A stretch of DNA of 64,000 nt, from contig DKAX01000094.1 of NCBI GenBank assembly GCA_002450975.1, positions 2,735-66,734 on the forward strand. Reading direction: 5' to 3'. This document shows, one piece after another, positions 8,840 through 18,159 of the stretch. Source of the DNA: Proteobacteria bacterium UBA6915 (lineage in GTDB: Bacteria > Pseudomonadota > Gammaproteobacteria > UBA6915). How positions within the stretch are numbered: position 1 is the stretch's first letter; each line of letters begins with the position of its first letter. The notes under the pieces were generated by a model, which saw nothing but the letters and a program-made list of their open reading frames with translations, was not told the DNA's origin and made no database searches. The translations under genes and the position numbers were made by a program.

Positions 8840-10117
8840 ATGGCTGAGCTTCGAGTCATCGTCAATTTTAACAAGACTGCGCGCTACGCCTTCAATGTTT
8901 TGGTCGGTGCATTGGAGGCAAAAATCGCTGATGGGCGTATGACACTGCTGGCGGCGCGCAATCATCAGGAGTTGTTGGCCCTGTTGGGACAGGCTGGCGA
9001 TTGTCAGAAAACACTGGTGCTGTGGTCTTTCTATTCACCTCAGTTTATTGAAGTCAGTGAGCGGGTCAAGGATGCACGTCGTATAGAGGGCGCGGACAAT
9101 GTGATTCACCTGGCCGGTGGCGTGCACGCCTCGGCAGAGCCCTGGCAAACACTGCGCGCAGGTTTTGATTACGTTGCCGTCGGTGAAGGTGAGCAGATCA
9201 TTGTCGATGTTGTACAGGCATTGTTACATGACGAGTCTCTGGAGAGTGTGCAAGGCATTGCCTGGTTGGAGGGGGAGCGATGGCGGCGTAATGGTCGTGG
9301 TGGTTTGGTCGATTTGAATGATTTTCCGCCGTTTGCACCCAAGTTCCATTTGTTTGGTGCCATCGAGATTACCCGCGGCTGTGTCTACGCCTGCAAGTTC
9401 TGCCAGACACCTTATGCCAGCAAGGCGCGCTTTCGTCATCGCAGTATCGAACAGGTTGCCCGCTACGCGACTATCATGCGTGCTGAAGGTTTTCGTGATT
9501 TCCGTTTTCTGTCGCCGACAGCCCTGTCCTACGGTTCCGAGGATGAATCTGTCGATCTGGATGCCGTTGGTCGGTTGCTGGCTGCAACTCGTCAGGCGGT
9601 GGGCGCCGATGGGCGTATCTTCTTCGGTTCCTTTCCCTCAGAGTTGCGCCCCGAGCATGTGACCCGCGAGGCCTTGCGTCTGCTGAAACGTTATGTGAAT
9701 AACGACAATCTTATCATCGGCGGGCAGTCGGGTTCGCAAAAGGTGTTGGACAGCAGTCGTCGTGGCCACAGTGTCGACTCTATCGTCTCGGCCGTGCGTT
9801 TGTGTCGTGACGAGGGTTTTGTCGCCAACGTCGATTTTCTTCTGGGTTTGCCCGGTGAAGATACCGAGGATATCCGCCAGACACTGGATCTTGCGCAAGA
9901 ATTGAGTGCCATGGGGGCGCGTATCCACAATCACAGCTTTATGCCTCTGCCCGGCACGCCCTTCAGGCGCGCAGACGCCGGCGCCATCGATGCGTACACG
10001 CAAACGGCGATTGTGCAGATGGAGGTAACCGGAAAGGCCTACGGTAAGTGGCGTGCGCACATGGAGACGGCGCAGGCGTTGGTGCGTTTGCGCGAGGATC
10101 AAACGCATAGCGCATAA
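8840..10117 (+). CDS. Radical SAM protein with N-terminal B12-binding-like domain (TIGR04013-like)
   Basis: 425 aa with the CxxxCxxC cluster motif GCVYACKFC. It starts 9 nt after the DUF389 stop. Confidence 0.75.
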   Translation: MAELRVIVNFNKTARYAFNVLVGALEAKIADGRMTLLAARNHQELLALLGQAGDCQKTLVLWSFYSPQFIEVSERVKDARRIEGADNVIHLAGGVHASAEPWQTLRAGFDYVAVGEGEQIIVDVVQALLHDESLESVQGIAWLEGERWRRNGRGGLVDLNDFPPFAPKFHLFGAIEITRGCVYACKFCQTPYASKARFRHRSIEQVARYATIMRAEGFRDFRFLSPTALSYGSEDESVDLDAVGRLLAATRQAVGADGRIFFGSFPSELRPEHVTREALRLLKRYVNNDNLIIGGQSGSQKVLDSSRRGHSVDSIVSAVRLCRDEGFVANVDFLLGLPGEDTEDIRQTLDLAQELSAMGARIHNHSFMPLPGTPFRRADAGAIDAYTQTAIVQMEVTGKAYGKWRAHMETAQALVRLREDQTHSA

Positions 10118-10152
10118 AAAAAGGGCCGCTAGCAAGCGGCCCTTTCTCTTTT
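10115..10152. terminator. Bidirectional rho-independent terminator between convergent genes
   Basis: 9-bp stem AAGGGCCGC (10121-10129) / GCGGCCCTT (10136-10144) with a 6-nt loop. It is flanked by an A-run upstream and TTTCTCTTTT downstream. Confidence 0.75.
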
Positions 10153-10161
10153 GACGCGGTA

Positions 10162-10782
10162 TTACTTGCCAGGCTGAATGTAGGCGTATTTCTTCTGCTG
10201 CAGCGCGAAGATACGTCCAACTGCACCTTGATTGACCTTTACACCGGGATAGACGTCGGCATTGGTCCAGCCGTTACCGCGCATGGTAACGCCGCACTCT
10301 TCCAGTTGCAGATTGACGCCTTGATCCTTCATCGCCAACAACTGGTTCAACATGGGTGCGAAGGGGTTGCCGGCTTCGTTATTGTTCTTTTTGTTCCACC
10401 ATGCGTCGCTCAGCACCCAGGGGGCGGCGGAGCCGTGGAAGGCACCGATGATGGAGACATCGTTCGGGTCGACCAGACCGGCAGCGATGCGTGCCTTGAC
10501 CACACCGGCAAGCATCAACATGTGGCGCATGCCGATCGGATTACCGGCAGCGTCGCGGGCATCGTGGTCCAGATTGAAAACCACTTTTACTTTTTTCAAT
10601 GCTACCGGTACATCAACGCAGACGCTGGCATTGTTGAAATCATTGGCCAGTGGCAAATATTGGCAGGGTTCGATAACGCCATTATCGATGTTGTCATCGT
10701 CGGCCATGACGACCGGGCAGTTGATGATGACGCCAGCGACCAGCAGTGCGCTAACCAGTGAATGTTTGCGAGATTGTTTCAT
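10162..10782 (-). CDS. Secreted DsrE/DsrF-like family protein (tentative)
   Basis: 206 aa with a GGAGG RBS and signal peptide MKQSRKHSLVSALLVAGVIINCPVVMA. KVVFNLDH...IGAFHGSAAPW...ECGVTMRGNG...YAYIQP resembles the DsrE-fold pattern. Confidence 0.45.
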   Translation of the reverse strand: MKQSRKHSLVSALLVAGVIINCPVVMADDDNIDNGVIEPCQYLPLANDFNNASVCVDVPVALKKVKVVFNLDHDARDAAGNPIGMRHMLMLAGVVKARIAAGLVDPNDVSIIGAFHGSAAPWVLSDAWWNKKNNNEAGNPFAPMLNQLLAMKDQGVNLQLEECGVTMRGNGWTNADVYPGVKVNQGAVGRIFALQQKKYAYIQPGK

Positions 10783-11232
10783 TGCTCCTCCAGAATTTCT
10801 GTTATTGGTATTTTCCTTTTGTGCCTGTGCAGACCAAGTGGAAGGCGTGCGCAGGATAAAAGAGTCGTCATTTTATCCACCCGGTCAAATTATTCCAGTT
10901 GATTGAGTGGTATTGGTACTTTTTACGCAGAAAAAGGCAGTGGTACACTATGTGTTGCCGAAAATATGTACAAGATGAGTTTATGCCAGGATTAATTACA
11001 GCCAGGGTAGCTTGTGGCTTTCAAATTTTTAGTGCTGGTAGACTGGCTCTAATTTTTTATAGTCAATTGAGTGATACCCGCGTGATCTGTCCGATCTTGC
11101 TATTTTAGCCTGATTTCCCCGTCTTTCCTTGATCCTCTACTTCTTTCTCTATTAGTTTAGTTGGCCGTGAAAATGCTATCCCGATGAGAGCGGGTGGTAT
11201 GGCTATTTAAATATATAGAGGGAGTTTTTCAG

Positions 11233-12849
11233 ATGTACAAAACCAATACCCTGCTGGCGGCGCTCATGCTGACCGCCACAAGCCTAGTCCAGGCGGAGAC
11301 CTATACCGTTACCCAACTTACAAATAACAACGTAAATGAGGGGCGCGTGCAATTCAATGCCCAGGGTGATTTCACCTGGACCACCACCGACGGTGTGGAC
11401 TATGAAGTTTATCTGTTTGATAACGCCAGCCAGTCCACCATCAAAATTACCAACAATGATCGTGCCGAGGGCCAGGCGCGCATAAACAACAGGCAAGACT
11501 TGGCCTGGGTCAGTTATGTCTTCGATCAGGTATCGTTTTCTTATATCTATGATGTGGTGTTCCGTGATGGTGCCAGCGGAGTGACTACAACCCTGGTACA
11601 GGGCAAGAAGAGTGTCGGCAGTGTCTTTTTGAACAATAGTGGTGAGGTGCTTTGGGAACACCGCGACGATGGTGCAATGTTTTCGCAATTGTATAAATGG
11701 AATCCGGTGTCCGGCGAGATCAAAAACATTACCAATGGCTTTACCGGTTTCAGTAACATACGTTTCAACGATCGTGGTGATGTAGTCTGGTTTGGCTCCG
11801 ACGGTAATGATTTCGAGATTTTTCTCTACTCCGCCGCGCAGGACAGTTACACCAATATCTCCAATAATGATTTCTACGATTCGTTTTGGTTTCTGAGTTT
11901 CAACAACAACAGCGACATCGCCTGGACCGTGTACACCGATGTCGATACCCATACCATGCGCTATGACGGCGCCACCGGCACGGTCAAACAGCTGACCGTG
12001 GACAATGGCCTATGGGACACCAATCCCTGGCTGGGTTTGAATGGTGATGTCACCTGGCAGGCGGAGAACAACATCATGCTCTATGATGCCGCCACCGGTG
12101 AGGTTCGCCAGTTGACCAACGACGCGCTACCGCGTACCTGGGGTGTGTTGGATGCCAGGGGGGATGTGATCTGGACCGCCCAGGACCCCAACGGGACCGA
12201 CAGCGAGATCTATTTCTATGACCGAGCGGCTGACACTATTACCGCCATTACCGATAACGATGTCGACGATGGCTACGGCTGGGTCAACAGTCACGGTGAT
12301 ATCGCCTATATCTCCGGCGCCGATACGGCCGCCGAGGTGATGTTCTACAGCAATACCACCAAAAAGACCACGCGGATCACCAATGACGTATTACGTGATG
12401 CCAATGTCACGTTGACCGACAATCTCAATCTGATCTGGCATCAGTATGACGGCGATTCCGAGTTGATGCTGGCGCAGATCACGACCACCACGCCTTTGGA
12501 CTTTACCTACGCACGCGCTACGCAGAGTGTCGAGGATGGCGACATCAAGCTGGTCATCAACAGCGCCTTGGGCCTGCCCGCCGCTGATGATGTGGTGACT
12601 GTCGTGGTGGATGGTCTTACCGTCCTGACAACGCCGTTTTCCGCCTTTATGCCTTCTTCCACGCCGGGCAAATATAAGTACCGTTCTCTCGGTATCGAGG
12701 CTTCGCTAAACCTGAATGCGGGTAGCTTCAAGCTGGAAATCGGCTCAACCATAGCCGGGTCCATCGATACCAGCGACGGCGTTGATATGACGATTATGAT
12801 AGGAAATGCCGTTGGCAGTGGACATACGGATATCACGCCGGTCGATTAA
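11233..12849 (+). CDS. Secreted beta-propeller-like repeat protein
   Basis: ATG at 11233 follows AGAGGGAG. Signal peptide MYKTNTLLAALMLTATSLVQA. About 8 degenerate ~50-aa repeats follow (ITNN..., GD[VI].W..., [EF][IV][YF]L[YF]D). Confidence 0.8.
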   Translation: MYKTNTLLAALMLTATSLVQAETYTVTQLTNNNVNEGRVQFNAQGDFTWTTTDGVDYEVYLFDNASQSTIKITNNDRAEGQARINNRQDLAWVSYVFDQVSFSYIYDVVFRDGASGVTTTLVQGKKSVGSVFLNNSGEVLWEHRDDGAMFSQLYKWNPVSGEIKNITNGFTGFSNIRFNDRGDVVWFGSDGNDFEIFLYSAAQDSYTNISNNDFYDSFWFLSFNNNSDIAWTVYTDVDTHTMRYDGATGTVKQLTVDNGLWDTNPWLGLNGDVTWQAENNIMLYDAATGEVRQLTNDALPRTWGVLDARGDVIWTAQDPNGTDSEIYFYDRAADTITAITDNDVDDGYGWVNSHGDIAYISGADTAAEVMFYSNTTKKTTRITNDVLRDANVTLTDNLNLIWHQYDGDSELMLAQITTTTPLDFTYARATQSVEDGDIKLVINSALGLPAADDVVTVVVDGLTVLTTPFSAFMPSSTPGKYKYRSLGIEASLNLNAGSFKLEIGSTIAGSIDTSDGVDMTIMIGNAVGSGHTDITPVD

Positions 12850-12891
12850 CGATTTGATAGCAAGGGCCCGATTTTCATTGTGGCTCTTTGC

Positions 12892-12927
12892 AAAGCCGCC
12901 GTCCTGTAAGGGACGGCGGCTTTTTTT
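12892..12927 (+). terminator. Rho-independent terminator
   Basis: GC-rich stem GCCGCCGTCC / GGACGGCGGC with a 6-nt loop, followed by T7 (12921-12927). Confidence 0.85.
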
Positions 12928-13452
12928 CTAGCGCGACATAACCACTTGCCCATGTCTGGGAGCCGTGATAGTCGGAGCCTGTGACAGGGTGACGTTGTGA
13001 TGGTTGACTATCTGTTGCGCGCTCAGATGGGTCTTATCGTGTGTGGTGTGCGCGTCAGCGACCAGTTGCACGGTATATCCGAGACTCGTCGCCCGGCGCA
13101 CGGTTGTATCGATGCAAAACTCCGTGGCATAGCCGCAAATAATCAGGTCATCGATACTCGATGATTGCAGATACTCCTGTAAATCGGATGTGGCAAACGG
13201 ATCGGTGCCTGTCTTACGAATCACCCGGTCGGAAGCGGCCTTGGTTAAGGCCGGTATCAGTTGCCAGGGGTCGCTGTCATAGTCGATGAAGCCGGGTTTT
13301 TCATAGTGGAGAAACATGACCGGTATACCGGCGGCGCGGGCTTTGTCTGACAGACGGTTTATGTGTTGGCAGACATTGTCATGGTCGAAAGGCTTGGGAT
13401 CGCGTTCGAACAAGGCTTGTTGCATATCGATGATGATAAGTGCGGATTTCAT
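12928..13452 (-). CDS. Isochorismatase-family cysteine hydrolase
   Basis: 174 aa. MKSALIIIDMQQALF... and LIICGYATEFCIDTT (catalytic Cys context) are typical of the family. Confidence 0.8.
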   Translation of the reverse strand: MKSALIIIDMQQALFERDPKPFDHDNVCQHINRLSDKARAAGIPVMFLHYEKPGFIDYDSDPWQLIPALTKAASDRVIRKTGTDPFATSDLQEYLQSSSIDDLIICGYATEFCIDTTVRRATSLGYTVQLVADAHTTHDKTHLSAQQIVNHHNVTLSQAPTITAPRHGQVVMSR

Positions 13453-13858
13453 GGTTTCGCTCCTGGGTTTTTGTCAGTCGATGTGACCCGTGTGAATTAG
13501 AGAAAGTCACAATGCCGATGGTCGGTCCAGGTGTTTGAAGCGCTATGGGATGTTTTGCTGCCGGGGAGGGATAGGCGGTGAGTGAAACCAAGGTCAGCGT
13601 ACCAAGGACGACGACGAATGGCAAGACTGGATAGGCAAGTTGGCGTTCTTGCAAAGTTTTCCTGCCCACGCGTTATGAAGTTACTGGTGGTTTTTTGCGA
13701 GAAATCATCCCTGGTGAAGCGGCTGTACACTTGCAGTACTTAGGTATTGTCGAATGTTAACTGTGAACTTTTTTGATTTTTAAAACCAACTTTTTTTGTC
13801 GCACTATACTCGCTTTACGGTTCAAATCGTGAGCTGCGTCATGAAAAGGATGGTGTAT

Positions 13859-15127
13859 ATGAAAAGATTTGTTAACAAAGGGATACTGATTGCGGTGTCA
13901 GTGCTGATAGGTACTACGCCGCTTTATGCAGGAACGGCGGCCAACAGTTACTTGGGAAGCTGGACTGCGGAATTGATCTCTGAGCCGGTATACGACTCCG
14001 CAACCAATCTGACCCGTTATAGCTACTCCCTGTCGGGAACAACGTATGTGGCTGGCGATCCGCGCACGGGGAAAAACCTCAGTCACTGGGTGATACCACT
14101 GCAGGATGGCATGGTCGTAGATCATGTCGAGGTCGATCAGATTTCCTCACCGACCTGGTCTGTGGGTCAGGATCCCACTACCGGCGTGTACGGATTGAAG
14201 TATGACGATGGTCAACCGCTGGATACCACCTATACCTACACCTTCTACCTGACGGGTCAGTGGGGTGCGGAAGACGGGTCGTTTTTCGTCAAGGCGGGCT
14301 CCAATCGTGTCAGTGAAAGTGTGGAAGAGGGGTCGGTGCAAGTGCCTGGCGCGGGCGGCTCGGTGGCCGAGAGCTACTCCATCACCGGTAAGGTGTTTGT
14401 AGATATCAATGACAATGGTGTATGGGATACATTCGAACCACGGTTGGCCAATGTGCCCATCGCCCTGAATGGGAACCTGGCGACGCTTACCGATGCCAAT
14501 GGTGGTTACATCATCTCCGGCTTGACTGCGGGTAACTATCAGGTAAGTGTGGATGGTGCCGGTGGTGGTTTTGCTGCCAGCCTGACCGCCTACTTCGACG
14601 CCAGTGGCGTGACCACGCACGATGTCGATTTGACCGGTGACATCGATGGTGTGGATTTTTCCTATACCATCGACCTCGACGCCATTGTTGCGGATCTTGA
14701 TCCGGAAGACCTCGACGGCAATGGCATAGTGCTGGCGGGCGAGGGACGTACCATCGGTTTCTGGAAACATCAGCTTAAGACCTTGATCACTGGTAAAGGT
14801 AAGGCACAGCTGAGTCAGGACGTCATCGATGGTCTGATCAATCAGGTCAATCAATTTTTTATAGCCGATCCCTTTGTCCTGACCGGTTATGATGTGGCCT
14901 TCAATACGCTGGCCAATCAAACCTCCGATGCCCATCAGTTATTGTTGAAGCAGCTATTGGCCGGTGAATTCAATCTGTTCAACGGCATGGGGCTTGCGGA
15001 CAGTGCCTTGTACAGCGTGATTCTGGAGAGCGCAGAGAGCTACGCCTATGCGCATGACACAATCAGTCGTACACAGCTGTTGGCGGTCAAGGATTTGCTC
15101 GACGCGATCAACAATATGGGACACTAA
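13859..15127 (+). CDS. Secreted protein with SdrD-B/Cna-B-like Ig fold and a helical C-terminal domain
   Basis: Start chosen at MKRFVNKGILIAVSVLIGTTPLYA; alternatives are 13841 and 13796. GKVFVDINDNGVWDTFEPRLANVPIALNGNLATLTDANGGYIISGLTAGNYQVSV is the SdrD B-like repeat pattern. Confidence 0.7.
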   Translation: MKRFVNKGILIAVSVLIGTTPLYAGTAANSYLGSWTAELISEPVYDSATNLTRYSYSLSGTTYVAGDPRTGKNLSHWVIPLQDGMVVDHVEVDQISSPTWSVGQDPTTGVYGLKYDDGQPLDTTYTYTFYLTGQWGAEDGSFFVKAGSNRVSESVEEGSVQVPGAGGSVAESYSITGKVFVDINDNGVWDTFEPRLANVPIALNGNLATLTDANGGYIISGLTAGNYQVSVDGAGGGFAASLTAYFDASGVTTHDVDLTGDIDGVDFSYTIDLDAIVADLDPEDLDGNGIVLAGEGRTIGFWKHQLKTLITGKGKAQLSQDVIDGLINQVNQFFIADPFVLTGYDVAFNTLANQTSDAHQLLLKQLLAGEFNLFNGMGLADSALYSVILESAESYAYAHDTISRTQLLAVKDLLDAINNMGH

Positions 15128-15145
15128 GTCACCATTTTAGACCTT

Positions 15146-15175
15146 GCCACCGGCTTGTCCGGTGGCTTTTTTTTT
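15146..15175 (+). terminator. Rho-independent terminator
   Basis: 8-bp stem GCCACCGG / CCGGTGGC with a 5-nt loop, followed by T9 (15167-15175). Confidence 0.85.
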
Positions 15176-15259
15176 GTTAAAAAAATTTTCGAACCTTGCG
15201 GTAGGCGCGTATCCGGGGAGAGGCTACTATAGCGCTTCGTCTCCTATCCCTGGGTCACC

Positions 15260-16132
15260 ATGAATCTTTCAGCGCTCGCGCCGTTTTCACTGCTAAGCCT
15301 GGCACTGCTCTCCCTTGGGCTAAGACGCCAGTCTATGCCCGTATTGCGCGATGTCTGGTTGGTGTTGCTGGTGTCTGCATTACTGACGGCAGTACTGCTG
15401 TCGCAGATCAGCCTCTCCGGGCTGGCGATGGTGTTGTTGCTGGTGTTGTCTGCGGGATTGGTGGCCAACGCACGTCTGTCCGCGGTCTGGCGTTGGCTGG
15501 CCGGTGCGCTGGCGCTGACTGCCATGGTGTCCCTGGCGTTGCATTGGGTGCCGGGATTTCAATCCATCGCCGTTATCGAACCGGCCGTGTTGTCACCCGG
15601 TGCGCGACCATTCGCCTTGTATCTGCACCTGGACAAGATTTTGCTCGGCCTGTTGTTGCTGGGATTTTTCTATCGGCGTCCGGCCCAGGTCCAATCCCTC
15701 GCCGATACCCTGGTGACTGTATTGTGGCTGGCGCCATTGACCGCTGTGTTGGTCCTGGCCAGCGCCTGGGTGTTGGGCTTTGTCCATTGGGCACCGAAAC
15801 TGATCGACGGTCTGGGTTTTTGGATGTGGGGTAATCTCTTTTCCACCTGTGTGACGGAAGAGGCCTTTTTCCGCGGACTGATACAACACCACCTGGCACA
15901 ACGCTGGCACCAGCGTCCTTCGGGGGCCTTGCTGGCGACAATAACGACGGCGCTGATCTTCGGTCTTGCACACGCTGCCGGCGGTTCAACGCTGATGTTG
16001 CTGGCGACCCTGGCCGGCGTCGGTTACGGGCTTCTATACCAGTTCACCGGCCGCATAGAGGCCAGCATTCTGGGCCATTTCTGCGTCAATCTGCTGCACC
16101 TGTTGTTGTTTACCTATCCAGGACTCGCCTGA
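15260..16132 (+). CDS. CPBP-family intramembrane glutamic endopeptidase (CAAX protease-like)
   Basis: 290 aa and polytopic. Motifs EEAFFRGL, FGLAH and HFCVN are present. Confidence 0.8.
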   Translation: MNLSALAPFSLLSLALLSLGLRRQSMPVLRDVWLVLLVSALLTAVLLSQISLSGLAMVLLLVLSAGLVANARLSAVWRWLAGALALTAMVSLALHWVPGFQSIAVIEPAVLSPGARPFALYLHLDKILLGLLLLGFFYRRPAQVQSLADTLVTVLWLAPLTAVLVLASAWVLGFVHWAPKLIDGLGFWMWGNLFSTCVTEEAFFRGLIQHHLAQRWHQRPSGALLATITTALIFGLAHAAGGSTLMLLATLAGVGYGLLYQFTGRIEASILGHFCVNLLHLLLFTYPGLA

Positions 16133-16143
16133 ATAATGCGTAG

Positions 16144-16521
16144 CTAGTGTGGAGGCTGTTCCGGTTCTATCAACGTGTCTATGCCGTCATCACAAGGAAT
16201 GCAGGGTGCGCAGCTGATCTCCCCATTCACGCAGGCGCAGGGGCAGTAGCAGCGTGAATGGTTCTGGCGTCGCTTTTCCTCCTGCCGATTGAAGGCGGCG
16301 CATATATCCTGAGGCTCGTTTATAGGTGCCAACTCGTCACCGGGCGGTGTGTGCTGAATGTCAGAATGCGTTTGTGTGTCCGGGCTAGTGCCGGTTGGTG
16401 TAGACGCCATGTGGCTGCAGGCGCAAGTCAAAAAAAAGCTGCAAAAAATCGCGATGGCTGAAGCGGTGTGGTTCACTTTTGTCAGTCTCTGCCAGGTGGG
16501 TACGTACCCACCTAGCATCGC
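16144..16521 (-). CDS. Small Cys-rich secreted or lipoprotein-like protein
   Basis: Start moved to MLGGYV... to avoid overlapping msrA. Hydrophobic N-terminus AIAIFCSFFLTCACS. C-terminal cluster CYCPCACVNGEISCAPCIPC. No family recognised. Confidence 0.4.
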   Translation of the reverse strand, partial: AMLGGYVPTWQRLTKVNHTASAIAIFCSFFLTCACSHMASTPTGTSPDTQTHSDIQHTPPGDELAPINEPQDICAAFNRQEEKRRQNHSRCYCPCACVNGEISCAPCIPCDDGIDTLIEPEQPPH

Positions 16522-16538
16522 CCGTTCAATGCGGCAGG

Positions 16539-17144
16539 TCAATGACCCGCCTGCTCTCCCCAAACCTCTTTGAGGCGGGCATCGCGCCCGCAGTTATAGC
16601 GGTAAAACTTATAGCGTATCGGATTGTTCTTGTAGAAGTCCTGATGATAGCTTTCGTTCCCGCTGATTGGGTAAAAGGTCGTTGCATCCAATACCGGGGT
16701 CACGATCTTTTTACCGGGAAAGCGGGCCACGACCTTTTGGCGCGAGGCCTCGGCCAGGGCGCGCTCCTCTTTGTTGGCGACGAAGATGGCGCTCAGATAG
16801 CTATGGCCTTTGTCGCAAAATTGTCCCTGGGCGTCGAAGGGGTCGACCTGCAACCAATAAAAGTCCAAGAGTTGTTGATAGCTGATACGCGCCGGATCAT
16901 AGGTCACTTCGATAGCCTCGTAGTGACCTTCATGGTTACCGTTGTAGGTAGGATTTTTCAGGCGGCCACCGGTGAATCCGGAGACCACATCGATAACACC
17001 TTTATCCATCAGTCGTTCGAAATCGGACTCCATGCACCAGAAACACCCGCCGGCGAATACTGCCTTGGCGCTGGCCGCGTGGCTGGGAAGGTTGAACAGG
17101 GTGCCTATCAAGGCCACTGTAAAGACTACTGTTTTCAATTTCAT
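16539..17144 (-). CDS. msrA: Peptide-methionine (S)-S-oxide reductase MsrA carrying a signal peptide
   Basis: 201 aa. N-terminal MKLKTVVFTVALIGTLFNLPSHAASA is followed by the catalytic GGCFWCMESDF motif. Confidence 0.9.
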   Translation of the reverse strand: MKLKTVVFTVALIGTLFNLPSHAASAKAVFAGGCFWCMESDFERLMDKGVIDVVSGFTGGRLKNPTYNGNHEGHYEAIEVTYDPARISYQQLLDFYWLQVDPFDAQGQFCDKGHSYLSAIFVANKEERALAEASRQKVVARFPGKKIVTPVLDATTFYPISGNESYHQDFYKNNPIRYKFYRYNCGRDARLKEVWGEQAGH

Positions 17145-17463
17145 GATTACCTCGCAAACCGACTCAGATACCGCCTGTGACGCCCGGCGGCTGGGAATGT
17201 TACATCGGGTAAATTTCCATTATCCACGCTCCAGATTGGGCTTGTGCTACCGAAAACAACCACTTGGGACAACGTCGGCGTTCTATCGTGTCCAAAGTGC
17301 AAACTCGGTTGCGGCAAAATAATACGATTGTGGTCAGATAGGGTTCTGCTGTATGTGAATGCCGTTAACCCGTAGATTGTCACCGGTTTATGACACATTC
17401 ATTTTGGTTCTGGTAACATGGCCCCCGAGGCAGCCTGATACAGAGTAGAGGAAACCCCCACCT

Positions 17464-18144
17464 ATGACTCAATGGCATAAACACTGGATTTTGCGCATGA
17501 CTGGCACCCTGTTGGGTGCGTTGGTTACGTCCGTGACCTTTTCGGCTGACAAAGACCCTGCGCTCAAACCCGAATGCAAACACCCGCTGTGCAGTCGTAT
17601 CGCCATCGAGCGGCCCTGGCCGCGGGTTGATGTCGGCGGATACCAGCAGATCGATTTCGCCGATTTGCGGCTGATGGTGCCCGATGGTGAGTTCCGCCTG
17701 ACCGGAACCCAGGAGCGTATGCTGCTGGCCTATGACAACGGCAAGTTGGTGGCCGTCGACCAGTATACCCGCGCCAAACTGCCACCGTTTCTGGCCGGAA
17801 CCAATATCAGCCTGCGTGCCTGGATGGATATCATCTTCACGCGCACTCCCGCCGACAAGTTGCCCACCAATGCCAAAGATGCCGAGGCCTGGAAGTGGTC
17901 ATTGACCGGAAAGCCAGACTACCTGGGCGGTGCCCAGGTCAGTCAGTTTCAAAATGGACAGATCGTGGTCTATGCGGTATTCGATTATCCCGACGGCAGT
18001 TATCAGCATCGCATGTGGTTTATGGTGGAGAGCAACCCCGATACCATCTATTACGTCGGAACCAACGGCCTGGACGAGAAAACCGTGTTGGATATATTAG
18101 GGTCTGTCAGCTTTCGTCAGAATGCCTACGCCAGAATCCAGTAG
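17464..18144 (+). CDS. Hypothetical secreted protein
   Basis: 226 aa with signal-like WILRMTGTLLGALVTSVTFSA. No family recognised. Confidence 0.5.
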   Translation: MTQWHKHWILRMTGTLLGALVTSVTFSADKDPALKPECKHPLCSRIAIERPWPRVDVGGYQQIDFADLRLMVPDGEFRLTGTQERMLLAYDNGKLVAVDQYTRAKLPPFLAGTNISLRAWMDIIFTRTPADKLPTNAKDAEAWKWSLTGKPDYLGGAQVSQFQNGQIVVYAVFDYPDGSYQHRMWFMVESNPDTIYYVGTNGLDEKTVLDILGSVSFRQNAYARIQ

Positions 18145-18159
18145 CGGGGCGGGGCGCAT

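Noticed and set aside
8366-8965. 199-aa minus-strand ORF across the DUF389/radical SAM junction
   Set aside because: It is antisense to two well-supported genes and has an Arg/Gln/His-rich shadow composition.
10783-13858. Search for GEMM-type c-di-GMP riboswitches in long leaders of secreted-protein genes (10783-11232, 13453-13858, also 35263-35536)
   Set aside because: Read by eye, I found none of the conserved GCAAA/ACGCACAGGGCAAACC-like elements. A covariance-model scan would be needed to exclude them formally.
14147-14935. 262-aa ORF antisense to the SdrD-like gene
   Set aside because: Shadow ORF. The sense strand has a signal peptide and a recognisable Ig-like repeat.
16479-17180. 233-aa ORF antisense to msrA
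   Set aside because: The msrA strand carries the catalytic GCFWC motif. The antisense frame has no features.
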